IMG/VR virus record: IMGVR_UViG_3300003792_000001 | From: a virus | Direction: 5' to 3' (one strand) | Length of the DNA stretch: 60,674 bases | In this document: in pieces, positions 15,997 through 25,987 of the stretch | Position numbering within the stretch: position 1 is the first letter of the stretch | How the letters are laid out: each line of letters starts with the position of its first letter | Translations under genes and position numbers: made by a program | Notes under the pieces: generated by a model | The model's database searches: none | What the model was told of the DNA's origin: nothing | The model's input: the letters and a program-made list of their open reading frames with translations, nothing else

Positions 15997-18900
15997 GTGG
16001 CAACCGACCTTGAGCGCCTCGTCGTGCAGCTTAGCGCCGACGTGAAATCCTATGAGCGCGGGCTACAGCGTGCGCGCGGCGTGACGAACCGCGAAATGGG
16101 CGCAATCGAAAAGCGCGCCAAGAGCATGAACCGCAACATCAGCGATATCGGCAAGGGCTTCGGGCGCGGCTTGGTCGCGCCTCTTGCCGGTGTCGCTGCC
16201 GCCTTGAGCGTGGCCGAGGTGATCAAATACGCCGACGCCTGGAAGCGCGCCGGAAACGCCCTCAAGGTATCCGGCGTCCCGGCGGGCCAACTTGCGGGCA
16301 CGCTTGACCGGCTATTCGACATCGCGCAAGGCGCGGGCGCCGATCTCGGTTCTACCGTCACCCTCTTTTCCCGCCTTTCCCAATCCGCCAACGAGCTGGG
16401 CGCCAATCAGGAACAGCTTTTCCAGTTCACCAAAGGCGTCGGCGACGCCTTGAAGGTAGCGGGGACCGACGCCGCGTCGGCCAGCGGCGCCTTGCTGCAA
16501 TTGAGCCAGGCGCTCGGCGGCAGCATCGTCCGGGCGGAAGAATTCAATTCGATCAACGAGGGCGCCCGGCCCATCCTGCAAGCCGTCGCCGATGGCCTCG
16601 ACGAGGCGGGCGGGTCGGTCGCAAAATTGCGCGAGATCGTGCTTGAGGGCGGCCTGACCTCGAAAGCCTTTTTCGAGGCGTTCCTGAAAGGATCGAAGGG
16701 GCTGGCAAAGCAGGCCGAACAGGCATCGACGACGTTCGGGCAGGCTTTCCAAAAGATCGAAAACGCCTTCACGAAATACATCGGCTCGACCGACGAAAGC
16801 CTCGGCGCATCGGCGCGGCTGATCGCCGGGCTTGAAGCGCTCGCCGATAATTTCGACGCGACCGCCGACGTCGCCATCGCTTTCGCCAGCATCCTTGCGG
16901 CGGGCCTGCTTGGCCGCGCGATTGGCGGGATGATTGCGCGGATCGGGCTGGGGATCGGCGCCCTCAATAATCTCGTCAAGGCATTCCGTGGCGTGCAGGT
17001 CGCGGCGGGTGCCAGCAGCGGCGCACTCGCAAGCCTTGGCGCTGCCGCCGGGCCGCTTGGCGCCATCGCGGGCCTTGGCGCCCTCGCGGTGACAACGGCC
17101 CTGATCGGCTTCCAGCAGGAGGCGGACGAGGCCGCCGCCAAAGCCGAAAAGATCAACGCCGAGCTGGAAAAGATGGGGCTCCTTGCCCCGAAGGCGGCGG
17201 ATGGTGTCGACGAGGCCGCCAAGTCCGTGGAGGAACTTTCCAAGGGTGCCAAGGCGCGCCAACTGAAAGATTTCAACGATGAGTTGGAACGCCTGCGCGG
17301 CGGTGGCACCGGCGGGAGCCTCGGCGACGAATTGGGCTCCATCGCCGAAAAGGCGCGGGCCGGGATGCGCGGCCTTGTCGGAATGTTTTCCACGTCGGAC
17401 ATCGATAGGGCGGCGCGCGAGTCCATCGCCGGTCTCGCCGATGGTTTCCGCGACGGCAATGTGGCGGCAGAGGCGGCGCTTGCCACGCTGCAAGAAATGG
17501 AAGCAACGGAAATCAGCACGCCGGTCCTTGAACTGAATAAGCAGCTACAGGAGACCATTAAGCGCTACCGCGCCGTGCAAACCGCCGCCGCCGGGCTGGG
17601 CGACACCAAAGAACTGGACCGCTACGCCGCCGCCGTGAAAAAGGCGCGCGACGAGGTGGTGGCGCTGTTCGATCACGCCCTCCGCTCCATCGACCGAAAC
17701 ACCATCTCGCCCGCAGCATTGAAGGAGCTTGAAGACCTGCGCGATGGTCTGGCCGAGGGCACGACCGGCGCCGACGAGGCCAAGGCCGCGCTGCAAAGGC
17801 TGGCGCGCGAAAACTATGGGTTCCAGGCCATCGCCGACGCATTCCAGCCGGTGCTCGATGTGTTCGGCCTTGCCATCAAAGCGCTGGATGAATTCAAGAC
17901 GAAGGCGGCAGGATTTACCATGCCGGGCACGAACGGCCCGCCCGGCTTTATGCGCGAGGGCGCGCAGGAGGAAATCCGCAGGCGCGACGTATCCACCTAT
18001 CTGCAAGAGCGCGAAGCACTGGAATTGCGCACGGCCCACGAAAAGGAACTCGCCGAGCTAACTGAAAAGATCATGAAAGACGCCAAGGAGGCGGGCAAGG
18101 CGATCACCGAGGCCGAGGCGGCGGCATCGGCGCGCAAGCGTTTGGAAAATCGCGAGACGGCGGAAGCGCGGCAAGGCTCGGTATCGAGCGCCGCGTCGAT
18201 GATCAAGCAATATGAAGGGTTCCGCTCGACGCCCTATTGGGACAAGAACGCTTATCGGGTCGGCTTTGGCTCGGATACCGTCACGCTGTCGGACAATTCG
18301 GTTCAAAAGGTGACGAAGGGCATCTCGATTTCGGTGGCCGATGCGAACCGCGACCTCAATCGCCGCATTGAGGAATTTCAGAACGGCATCAAGGGCGACA
18401 TCGGCGCCGAACGCTTCGCGGGCTTCAACGAGGATCAGCAAGGCGTCCTGACCAGCATCGCCTACAATTACGGCTCGCTGCCTGATCGCATCATAAAGGC
18501 AATCAAGGAAGGCACGACCGAGGATATTTACAACGCCATTCGCGGCCTTGGCAGCGACAACGGCGGGATCAATCGCAAGCGCCGCAACAAAGAGGCCGAA
18601 GAATTCCTGTCCGGGGCGCCGGAAGGAATCCGCGAGGACATCACCCTTCGCCGCGAGCAAAACCAGCTGATCAAGGATAAGGTCGCCGCCCTCGCCGAGG
18701 AAACGGCGGGCATCGCCGCTGATACATCGATGATGAGCGCCTCCAATGCGGAGCGCGAACGCGAGCGGGTCATTCGCGAAACCCTCAATGAACTGCAAAA
18801 GGAAGGCATCACGATCACCGACGAGGTGCGCGCTGCTGTCGAGGCCGAGGCCGCCGCCCGCTACGGCGCCGTGGCCGCCTATGATGCCGCCGAAAAGGCC

Positions 18901-19533
18901 GCCGACCGGCTCAAGCAAAGCCAAGAGGATTTGGCCGCCGTCCAGCAGGATATTTCCGGTGCATTCCAAGGCGCAATGAAGGGGTTCATCTCCGATCTCG
19001 TCCACGGAAAGACGGCGACCGAAGCGCTCTATAATGCCGTATCCCAGCTTGCCGACCGCTTGCTCGACATCGCCCTTGATCAGATTTTCAAATCGCTGTT
19101 TTCGCCAAGCACCGGCGCGACCGGCGGCGGCGGCTTCTTCGGCGCGCTGTTCGGCGGCCTTTTCGATAAGGGCGGCTATACCGGCGCGGGCGGCAAGTAC
19201 GAGCCCAAGGGCGTCGTCCATGGCGGCGAATATGTATTCTCCAAGGCGGCCACGAACCGCATCGGCGTCGGCAATCTTGATGCGATGCACAGGGCGGCGA
19301 AACGCGGCGGCTTTGCCGAGGGCGGCTATACCCTGCCGCGAATTCGCGGCGCCGGGGCACAGGTACAAGCTCAGGCCGCCCCGCCGAACGTGGACGCCAG
19401 GACGACGGTCATCAATCGCTTTGACGCCGCGTCGTTCCTTTCCGAAGCGATGGCCCAGCCAGCGGGCGCAAAGACGATCCTCAACGTGATCAAATCACAG
19501 CCCGCCGCGTTCCGGGCGGCGATGCAGGGGTAA
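15997..19533 (+). CDS. Tape measure protein with an internal lysozyme (GH24-like) domain
   Basis: 1178 aa, Ala/Gly-rich and helical. The internal segment IKQYEGFRSTPYWDKNAYRVGFGSDT...SIAYNYGS resembles the phage lysozyme catalytic region. Confidence 0.9.
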   Translation: MATDLERLVVQLSADVKSYERGLQRARGVTNREMGAIEKRAKSMNRNISDIGKGFGRGLVAPLAGVAAALSVAEVIKYADAWKRAGNALKVSGVPAGQLAGTLDRLFDIAQGAGADLGSTVTLFSRLSQSANELGANQEQLFQFTKGVGDALKVAGTDAASASGALLQLSQALGGSIVRAEEFNSINEGARPILQAVADGLDEAGGSVAKLREIVLEGGLTSKAFFEAFLKGSKGLAKQAEQASTTFGQAFQKIENAFTKYIGSTDESLGASARLIAGLEALADNFDATADVAIAFASILAAGLLGRAIGGMIARIGLGIGALNNLVKAFRGVQVAAGASSGALASLGAAAGPLGAIAGLGALAVTTALIGFQQEADEAAAKAEKINAELEKMGLLAPKAADGVDEAAKSVEELSKGAKARQLKDFNDELERLRGGGTGGSLGDELGSIAEKARAGMRGLVGMFSTSDIDRAARESIAGLADGFRDGNVAAEAALATLQEMEATEISTPVLELNKQLQETIKRYRAVQTAAAGLGDTKELDRYAAAVKKARDEVVALFDHALRSIDRNTISPAALKELEDLRDGLAEGTTGADEAKAALQRLARENYGFQAIADAFQPVLDVFGLAIKALDEFKTKAAGFTMPGTNGPPGFMREGAQEEIRRRDVSTYLQEREALELRTAHEKELAELTEKIMKDAKEAGKAITEAEAAASARKRLENRETAEARQGSVSSAASMIKQYEGFRSTPYWDKNAYRVGFGSDTVTLSDNSVQKVTKGISISVADANRDLNRRIEEFQNGIKGDIGAERFAGFNEDQQGVLTSIAYNYGSLPDRIIKAIKEGTTEDIYNAIRGLGSDNGGINRKRRNKEAEEFLSGAPEGIREDITLRREQNQLIKDKVAALAEETAGIAADTSMMSASNAERERERVIRETLNELQKEGITITDEVRAAVEAEAAARYGAVAAYDAAEKAADRLKQSQEDLAAVQQDISGAFQGAMKGFISDLVHGKTATEALYNAVSQLADRLLDIALDQIFKSLFSPSTGATGGGGFFGALFGGLFDKGGYTGAGGKYEPKGVVHGGEYVFSKAATNRIGVGNLDAMHRAAKRGGFAEGGYTLPRIRGAGAQVQAQAAPPNVDARTTVINRFDAASFLSEAMAQPAGAKTILNVIKSQPAAFRAAMQG

Positions 19534-19539
19534 GCCGCC

Positions 19540-20733
19540 TTGGCAACCGTCTGGCCCTATCTCCCGAACATCCGCCGCGAGGCCTATGTGATCGCGCGCG
19601 AATATCGAACCGACATCATCGTGTCGCGATCCGGCAAGGAGCAACGCCGCGCCCTGCGCCAGACGCCGCGCAAGCGGGTCGAATATCTGTCCGGCGTCGC
19701 GGGCGATTGCCTGCGCGCCTTTGATCGCTCGATGGTCACGGCGCAGCGCGAACAGCTCGCTATTCCTGATCGCGTGCGCTTTGTCAGGCTCGCCACCGGC
19801 CTTGGCGGTTCCGCCGACTCCGTGGTGATCAGCCCTGTCCCGTCGTGGATCGTCGCCGATGCCGCCTTGCTGCTGGTATCGGGATCGCGCGTCGCGGCGC
19901 GCACCGTCGAAAGCGTGGTCGGCACTACCGTCACGTTTGTCGAAAGCGAGGCCGCATCATGGCCCGCAGGCACCCGCCTTCATCCCTCCCTGCATGGATA
20001 TCTTGAAGCATCGATCACGGCGCCGGTGATCTCGCCGCGCGGCGTCGTGGATATTTCCGTGGCGTTCGAGGTCGATCCCGGCAGCGAGCCGCCGGAAGAT
20101 ATCGGCTCGGCGGCGGTCACATTCGCATCGCGCGAGGTGTTTTTGACCCGCCCGAACCGCTGGCGGCAGATCACCCTGAATAGGGTCCAAGACGGCGCCG
20201 CCGCCACTGATTATGGCTTTGGGCGGGTGCAAAGGTTCTTCCCCATCGAATTCGCCACCCGCATGTGGGAGGCCGACTATACCGGCTGCGATTTCGACCA
20301 CGCCGATGCCATCCGGCAATTGTTCGACCGCATGCAAGGGCGGCGCGGCGAGTTCTATATGCCGACATGGCAAAGGGATTTTGTCCCGCTTGCCGGGCTG
20401 ACATCCGCCGGGACGACACTGATCGTCGAAGGCACGGCGGCGCAGGCCTATAGCGGAGACACCGTGTTCAAGGCCATTGCCGTCCGCAAGAAAGACGGCA
20501 CGTGGCTATTGCGCACCGTCACCAGCATTGGCCCCTCCGGCGGCACAAATAGCGCCCTGACAGTCAATGCGGCATGGGGCGAGACCGTCGCGCTGGCCAA
20601 TATCGACATGGTTTGCTGGCTCCCGGTCTGGCGCTTCTCATCCGACATCCTGACCATGAGCTGGCCGCGCGAGGATGTCGCCGAAATCAAACTCCCTATT
20701 CAGATGATTGAAAACCTCACGGCGGAAACATGA
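19540..20733 (+). CDS. Distal tail protein candidate
   Basis: Lies between the TMP and the BR0599-type protein, the slot of GTA gp12. No motif recognised. TTG start. Confidence 0.55.
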   Translation: MATVWPYLPNIRREAYVIAREYRTDIIVSRSGKEQRRALRQTPRKRVEYLSGVAGDCLRAFDRSMVTAQREQLAIPDRVRFVRLATGLGGSADSVVISPVPSWIVADAALLLVSGSRVAARTVESVVGTTVTFVESEAASWPAGTRLHPSLHGYLEASITAPVISPRGVVDISVAFEVDPGSEPPEDIGSAAVTFASREVFLTRPNRWRQITLNRVQDGAAATDYGFGRVQRFFPIEFATRMWEADYTGCDFDHADAIRQLFDRMQGRRGEFYMPTWQRDFVPLAGLTSAGTTLIVEGTAAQAYSGDTVFKAIAVRKKDGTWLLRTVTSIGPSGGTNSALTVNAAWGETVALANIDMVCWLPVWRFSSDILTMSWPREDVAEIKLPIQMIENLTAET

Positions 20734-21563
20734 CCTTTCAAGCCCTCGAAACCAGCCGCCAATTGGGCGAGCCGGTCACGCTCTATCGCTTCCGGTATTC
20801 CGAGACCGCGAATTTCGCTTACACCGACGCCGAGCAGGCGATCACCCACGGCGGGATCACCTATGAGCCCATTCCGATCATGCGCGACGCGGTGACGGCA
20901 TCGGGCACGCTGGACAAATCGGCGCTCGCCATCCGCATGCCGCGCGATGTGGAGCTTTCCGAGCTTTTCCGGGTCTATCCACCGGCGCAAGTCGTCGCCC
21001 TGATCATCCGCCAAGGCCACTTGTCCGATACCCCGACGCCGGAATTCCTCGTCGTATGGTCCGGGCGCGTGCTTTCGGTCGGGCGCGAGGGCGAGGAATG
21101 TGTGGTGTCTTGCGAGCCGGTATCATCGTCGCTGCGGCGGCCAGGCTTGCGCAGGCACTACCAATTCGGCTGCCCGCATCAGCTCTACGGTTCGCATTGC
21201 AAGGCGAACAAGGCGACGCACTCGGTCACGGCCACGGTCGCCAGTATCACCGGGACGCTCGTCGTCATGGAGCCCGGATGGAATGGCGCGTTCGATACCG
21301 CCAATTTCCGCGAGGGCATGATCGAATGGACCAATGACGCGGGCGGGACAGAGCGCCGGAAAATCCTCCGGGTAGCGACCAACAATCTGCGCGTCGGCGG
21401 CCTGCTGCGCGATCTGACGGCGGGCGAAACCGTGACCGCCAGCCTCGGCTGCAATCATCAAATGACCGACTGCCAAGACCTTTTCAACAATATCCAGAAT
21501 TTCGGCGGGTGCCCTTGGATACCAACGGACAACCCTATCGGCGTTCGCAACAATTACTATTGA
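20730..21563 (+). CDS. DUF2163/BR0599-family tail protein (GTA gp13-like)
   Basis: C-terminal GCNHQMTDCQDLFNNIQNFGGCPWIP matches the BR0599 signature (GCD..C..F.N..NFGG.P.IP). Confidence 0.8.
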   Translation: MTFQALETSRQLGEPVTLYRFRYSETANFAYTDAEQAITHGGITYEPIPIMRDAVTASGTLDKSALAIRMPRDVELSELFRVYPPAQVVALIIRQGHLSDTPTPEFLVVWSGRVLSVGREGEECVVSCEPVSSSLRRPGLRRHYQFGCPHQLYGSHCKANKATHSVTATVASITGTLVVMEPGWNGAFDTANFREGMIEWTNDAGGTERRKILRVATNNLRVGGLLRDLTAGETVTASLGCNHQMTDCQDLFNNIQNFGGCPWIPTDNPIGVRNNYY

Positions 21564-21575
21564 GGACCGGCGCCG

Positions 21576-21803
21576 ATGGCATGGTTTATCCCACTCCTGC
21601 TGGCAATCATCTTCAATGTGATTGCCTATCTGCTGGCGCCCAAGCCGAAAAAGCAAAAGCCGCCAGAGGCCAAAGACCTCGATAATCCGTCCGCTGATGC
21701 CGGGCGCCCAATCCCGGTCATTTTCGGCACTGTGACAATCAAGGGGCTGAACGTCCTTTGGTTCGGCGACAAGTCGAAAGAGACGAAAAAGGTCTCGGCG
21801 TGA
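21576..21803 (+). CDS. N-terminal fragment of the J-like/GTA gp15-like tail hub protein (TM helix plus PIPVIFGTV motif)
   Basis: MAWFIPLLLAIIFNVIAYLLAPKP...GRPIPVIFGTVTIKGLNVLWFGD corresponds to the N-terminus of gp15/J-type proteins. It is in the same reading frame as 21975..25238 but separated from it by three stops. Confidence 0.6.
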   Translation: MAWFIPLLLAIIFNVIAYLLAPKPKKQKPPEAKDLDNPSADAGRPIPVIFGTVTIKGLNVLWFGDKSKETKKVSA

Positions 21804-22003
21804 GCCTCATCACCATTACCGACATCCGCGCTGCGGGCCACTGCGTAAGCGGCACCCGCAAATGGTTTGAGCGGCATGGGATCGATTTTCGCGCCTTCCT
21901 GAAAGACGGCATTTCCGAAGAAGAATTGCTGGCGACCGGCGACGCCTTGGCGGCCCAAGTCATCAAGCATAAGCGTGAAAGGGATCGCGCCCGTGGGCGG
22001 TAA
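21800..22003 (+). CDS. Embedded 67-aa ORF interrupting the tail hub gene
   Basis: The GTG start overlaps the TGA of the upstream fragment (GTGA). The product is VSLITITDIRAAGHCVSGTRKWFERHGIDFRAFLKDGISEEELLATGDALAAQVIKHKRERDRARGR. The tracked ORF extends upstream to 21758. Confidence 0.45.
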   Translation: MSLITITDIRAAGHCVSGTRKWFERHGIDFRAFLKDGISEEELLATGDALAAQVIKHKRERDRARGR

Positions 22004-25000
22004 GAACGACAAGCCGAAACAGGAGGTGACCCTCTATTATATGTCCGAGCATTTCGGCATTTGCCACGGCCCGCTGGACTATATTTCGAAGATCATCATC
22101 AACGAAAAGACCGCGTGGGAGGGCGAGCGCTCGATCCAGAGCAACATCAGCATCAATAAGCCGGAGCTTTTCGGCGGCGTGAAAAAGGAGGGCGGCGCGG
22201 TGGGCGTCGTCCACTATTTGCCCGGCGGCGCGACGCAGACGATCCCCGAAGAAATCGCCGCCAAGCATGGCAGGACGACGGCAACGATGCCCGCCTATCG
22301 CGGTATATCCACCGCCTTTTTCCATGATGGCCAAGGCCAAGAGGGCTTTTACTGGTCGGCGAATTCGCCCTATTTGCCGGGCGTCTGGATCAAAGCGTCG
22401 CGCGCATCGACGCGGCTGGGCGAAGACTACGCCCGCATCTATCGCGACGGCTCGACTCGCGAAAAGCGAACGGTCGCGAACTTCACCGCCGAAAGCGACG
22501 TTAACGCATGGCGGCTGTACGACGTTTACGGGTCAACGCTGGCGCATTATTCCGCCGATCTCGAACAATTGATTATTGAGGATTTGCGCGCCGGGACGGT
22601 CCACGCGGCCATCACTCTTTCTGATCCGCCAATGTGGGTCTACATCTCGCCGTCGCAAAGCGAGGTTCTGGTGCTGGGCCCTACGGGCGTTCTTGATAGC
22701 TACACGCTGACCGGGGCGGCAAAGGCAAGCGTGTCGCTCGGCATTGACCCGACGCAACCGGGCGACAGCCTCGGACAATTGGACGGCCCGCCTACCGAGA
22801 TCGTCGTCGGCGGCACGACCTATATGTTTTTCATGGTCTACACCGCCGTCGTCTGCTGCAAGAACAGCGGCGGCGGATGGTCGTTCGAATGGATCGACAG
22901 CGGCGGCCCTCAATATGGCGGCGTTGTGGCCGCATCCCCTACGCATCTCGTCGTCCGAAATCCGTTCGGCCATTGCACCTACGTCGCCTGGACGCCGGGC
23001 ATCGCGCCGGTCGGTGGCCTTGGCGCCTACTACACGATTGATTTTGAGACATTGCTTGGATGGAACGTCGGTTTCACGCACGCGATCAATAGCGTGACCT
23101 ATGTCCCGGCGACCGATAGATGGTTTTTCACCGTCGCCACCGGCCCGCTTGCGACGCTCAATTCGGATTGTACCGCCGTCGTGGCCAGCGGCACCACGGA
23201 CGCGGCATTTGGCACGTCCGAGCGACAGCCGGTCAAATCGCGGCGCATCCTTATGGAAGGGGATAGCGTCGCCGCGTTCATCAATGACCGCGCGGTCTAT
23301 TTGTTCGATATCGCGACCTGTGAGCAAATCCAGAAAATCCCTCTGTCGGAGTGGGACTTGGGCGACACGATAGTTGAGGACGACGCCGGATATTCCCCGG
23401 AGGAAAGGGCCTTCTTCCTCGTCACCGGCAATTTCAATGACGGCTACGTCGTCATGCTGCCGAATGGCGATTTTGACAGCAATCCGGCACATATCATTTA
23501 CGACGCCCTGACCAATACCGACTGGGGCATGGCCTCGCCATCCACCGCCATCGATGTCGCCAGTTTCGAGGCCGCCGCCGCCGTCCTTTATGACGAGGCT
23601 TTCGGCCTGTCATTCATTTGGACGAAGCAATCGACCATCGAGAGCTTTATTTCCGAAGTGCTCGATCACATCGAGGCGGTGCTGTTCGTCAATCCGATGA
23701 ATGGCCTGCTGACCCTCAAGTTGATCCGCGATGATTATGAGGTCGATGACTTGCCGGTCTTTACCCCGGACAATTCCGTCGTCACCAAATTCGGGCGCAA
23801 GCTGTGGGGCGAGACGATCAACGAAATTGTGGTGACGTGGACCAATCCAAAGAACGAGGAAGAACAGACCGTCATCGCGCAGGACAACGCCAATATCGAA
23901 GCGCAAGGCGGCATTGTATCGGATGGCCGGAATTACTACGGCGTGCGGGTCCGGGGCTTGGCCATGAAGCTCGCCCAGCGCGATCTGCGCGCTGCGTCCA
24001 CGCCGCTTGCATCCGGGGATATGGAGGTCAATCGCGACGCCTGGAATTTGCTGCCCGGCGACGTGATCGTGCTGAATTCGCCGGAGGATGGCATCGACAG
24101 TATCGTCATGCGCGTGGGCCCGGTCGATTATGGCAAGCCCGGTGATCCCACGGTCAAGGTTCAACTGGTCGAGGATATCTTTTCGCTGCCGCTGGCCGAC
24201 TACGATATTCCGCCGGATACCGAGTGGCAGCCGGTATCCGAGGAGCCGTCGCCCGCCGACGATACGCTGGCTTTCACCTTGCCCTATTATTTGGTGGCCA
24301 ACGAGGTCGATCCGACCGTCCTTGCGCTGGGCGTCGAATATCCCGAAGTCTTTGCCGGGGTGCTCGCCGCCGAAAGCGGGCAGGATACGGCGGAATTCGA
24401 ACTTTACGATTCGGCGGCTGATGATCTCGGCACAAAGACCATTGTCAGCCGCGCCGAACTTGCCGCCGGGATCGATGCCGAGGTGGAAACCGATCTGCCG
24501 ACATTCCCCGACCGGACGCAGGGCAACGCGCCGACGGTTGGCGGCTTTATCCTGATCGAGGGCACCGACGAGACCGACGTCGAGCTTTGCGAAATCACCG
24601 CCTCGGATGATACCGGCTATACGGTCAAGCGCGGCGCGCTCGATACCATCCCGCGCGCTTGGCCATCGGGGACGCCGGTGTGGTTCATCGACGGCAATCT
24701 CGAAAACACCGACGATACGGTCAGATCGGAAGCCGAGGTTGTCGGCTATAAGGTGCTGACGCGCACGTCGCTCGGCTTGCTGGAATTTGCCGCCGCGCCG
24801 ACGATCTCCCTGACGCTGACGGCCCGTCCATATTTGCCGCTGCGGCCCGCCGACGTGAAAGTCAACGGCGACGATGGCTTTGCCGGGATTGTCGACTGCG
24901 ACGGGGTGGACCCGATCCCGGTCACATGGGCCAACCGCAACCGGCTCACCGAGGACTCGGTCATTCTCGCCTGGGACGCGGCAGACGTGACGCCGGAGGA

Positions 25001-25238
25001 TGGTCAGACCACCCGGATCGAAGTGCTCGATTTGGCCGAAACCGTCCTGACCACCCACGATGATCTGACAGGCACCAGCTTTGATGTGCCCGCCGCGTCG
25101 TTCCTTGGCGAGACGGCTGGATACATTCGGGTCAGCTCAAAGCGCGACGGGCTGATTTCCCTGCAAGCGCATCAAATTGAGGTCGTGCTTTCGACCGGCT
25201 ACGGCTACGGCTACGGCCTGAATTATGGAGGGGCATAA
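21975..25238 (+). CDS. Tail hub/host specificity protein (lambda J / GTA gp15-like), main part
   Basis: GGKNDKPKQEVTLYYMSEHFGICHGP and NPAHIIYDALTNTDWGMASPSTAIDVASFE parallel conserved J/gp15 segments. 1087 aa. Confidence 0.85.
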   Translation: MKGIAPVGGKNDKPKQEVTLYYMSEHFGICHGPLDYISKIIINEKTAWEGERSIQSNISINKPELFGGVKKEGGAVGVVHYLPGGATQTIPEEIAAKHGRTTATMPAYRGISTAFFHDGQGQEGFYWSANSPYLPGVWIKASRASTRLGEDYARIYRDGSTREKRTVANFTAESDVNAWRLYDVYGSTLAHYSADLEQLIIEDLRAGTVHAAITLSDPPMWVYISPSQSEVLVLGPTGVLDSYTLTGAAKASVSLGIDPTQPGDSLGQLDGPPTEIVVGGTTYMFFMVYTAVVCCKNSGGGWSFEWIDSGGPQYGGVVAASPTHLVVRNPFGHCTYVAWTPGIAPVGGLGAYYTIDFETLLGWNVGFTHAINSVTYVPATDRWFFTVATGPLATLNSDCTAVVASGTTDAAFGTSERQPVKSRRILMEGDSVAAFINDRAVYLFDIATCEQIQKIPLSEWDLGDTIVEDDAGYSPEERAFFLVTGNFNDGYVVMLPNGDFDSNPAHIIYDALTNTDWGMASPSTAIDVASFEAAAAVLYDEAFGLSFIWTKQSTIESFISEVLDHIEAVLFVNPMNGLLTLKLIRDDYEVDDLPVFTPDNSVVTKFGRKLWGETINEIVVTWTNPKNEEEQTVIAQDNANIEAQGGIVSDGRNYYGVRVRGLAMKLAQRDLRAASTPLASGDMEVNRDAWNLLPGDVIVLNSPEDGIDSIVMRVGPVDYGKPGDPTVKVQLVEDIFSLPLADYDIPPDTEWQPVSEEPSPADDTLAFTLPYYLVANEVDPTVLALGVEYPEVFAGVLAAESGQDTAEFELYDSAADDLGTKTIVSRAELAAGIDAEVETDLPTFPDRTQGNAPTVGGFILIEGTDETDVELCEITASDDTGYTVKRGALDTIPRAWPSGTPVWFIDGNLENTDDTVRSEAEVVGYKVLTRTSLGLLEFAAAPTISLTLTARPYLPLRPADVKVNGDDGFAGIVDCDGVDPIPVTWANRNRLTEDSVILAWDAADVTPEDGQTTRIEVLDLAETVLTTHDDLTGTSFDVPAASFLGETAGYIRVSSKRDGLISLQAHQIEVVLSTGYGYGYGLNYGGA

Positions 25239-25987
25239 TGCCTTCAAGGACACTTCCCGGCCTTGGCCTTACCGGCTTTTGGGATTTGGGGTTCGATGGT
25301 TGGAAAGACCCGATGGACGTCAATTTGCGGCTCCTGTCCGCGCTCGTCCAGCCGCGCGCGATCAGCCGCACCACGGCTTTGCCGGGTTCGCCTACCGATG
25401 GCGATATTTATATTGTCCCGGATGGCGCGGGCAGCAATCCCAACGAGATCGCGATCCGCGACAATGGCGCTTGGGTCTATGTCGTCCCCGCCGAGGGCTT
25501 TACCGCCTATGTCGAGGACGATGCCGAAAACGTCCAGTTCGACGGCACGGATTGGGTGGGGCTTGCCGCCGGGATCGCCGATGCGCCCAGCGACGGCACG
25601 ATCTACGGTCGGAAAGACGGCGCGTGGGAAGCGGTCCCCGATGGCGTGACAAAGATAGAACTTTCGTTCTTTGCGGGCGGCACGTTCGACGCGACGGAAT
25701 TGCTGTTCCGGCATGTGGCCACGCAAGCGTTCACCTTCCCGGCGGGGCTCACGGACTCGCGCGGATCGTCGGCGCTGGCGGCGACCGGCAGCGCCGCCCT
25801 ATCGATCAAAAAGAATGGTTCCGAGGTCGGCACGGCCACATGGTCGGCGGCGGGCACCACGGCGACGATGGCGATGGCCTCGCCGACGAGCTTTGCCGCT
25901 GGCGACGTTCTGTCCGTCACCGGCCCCGCCACGCCGGACGCCACGCTCGGCGACGTCTCTGTTTCACTGATTGGGGAACTGGCATGA
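25238..25987 (+). CDS. DUF2793-type tail fibre protein
   Basis: ALPGSPTDGDIYIVPDGA...IAIRDNGAWVYVVPAEGFTAYVEDD...FDGTDW is the DUF2793 pattern seen in alphaproteobacterial GTA/phage fibres. Confidence 0.7.
   Translation: MPSRTLPGLGLTGFWDLGFDGWKDPMDVNLRLLSALVQPRAISRTTALPGSPTDGDIYIVPDGAGSNPNEIAIRDNGAWVYVVPAEGFTAYVEDDAENVQFDGTDWVGLAAGIADAPSDGTIYGRKDGAWEAVPDGVTKIELSFFAGGTFDATELLFRHVATQAFTFPAGLTDSRGSSALAATGSAALSIKKNGSEVGTATWSAAGTTATMAMASPTSFAAGDVLSVTGPATPDATLGDVSVSLIGELA

Noticed and set aside
21801-21995. Group I/II intron, intein or T4 gene-60-like translational bypass in the split tail hub gene
   Set aside because: About 200 nt is too short for a self-splicing intron. There are in-frame stops, so it is not an intein. 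I see no matched take-off/landing codon pair, and the gap is far longer than known bypasses. An insertion or a frameshift remain the options reported in the findings.
25225-25983. N-terminal 253 codons of the tracked 593-aa ORF 25225-27006
   Set aside because: This part overlaps the DUF2793 fibre gene in another frame and has Arg/Gly-rich composition. The ATG at 25984 is ATGA-coupled to the fibre gene stop, and paralogy with 27020-28066 starts there.
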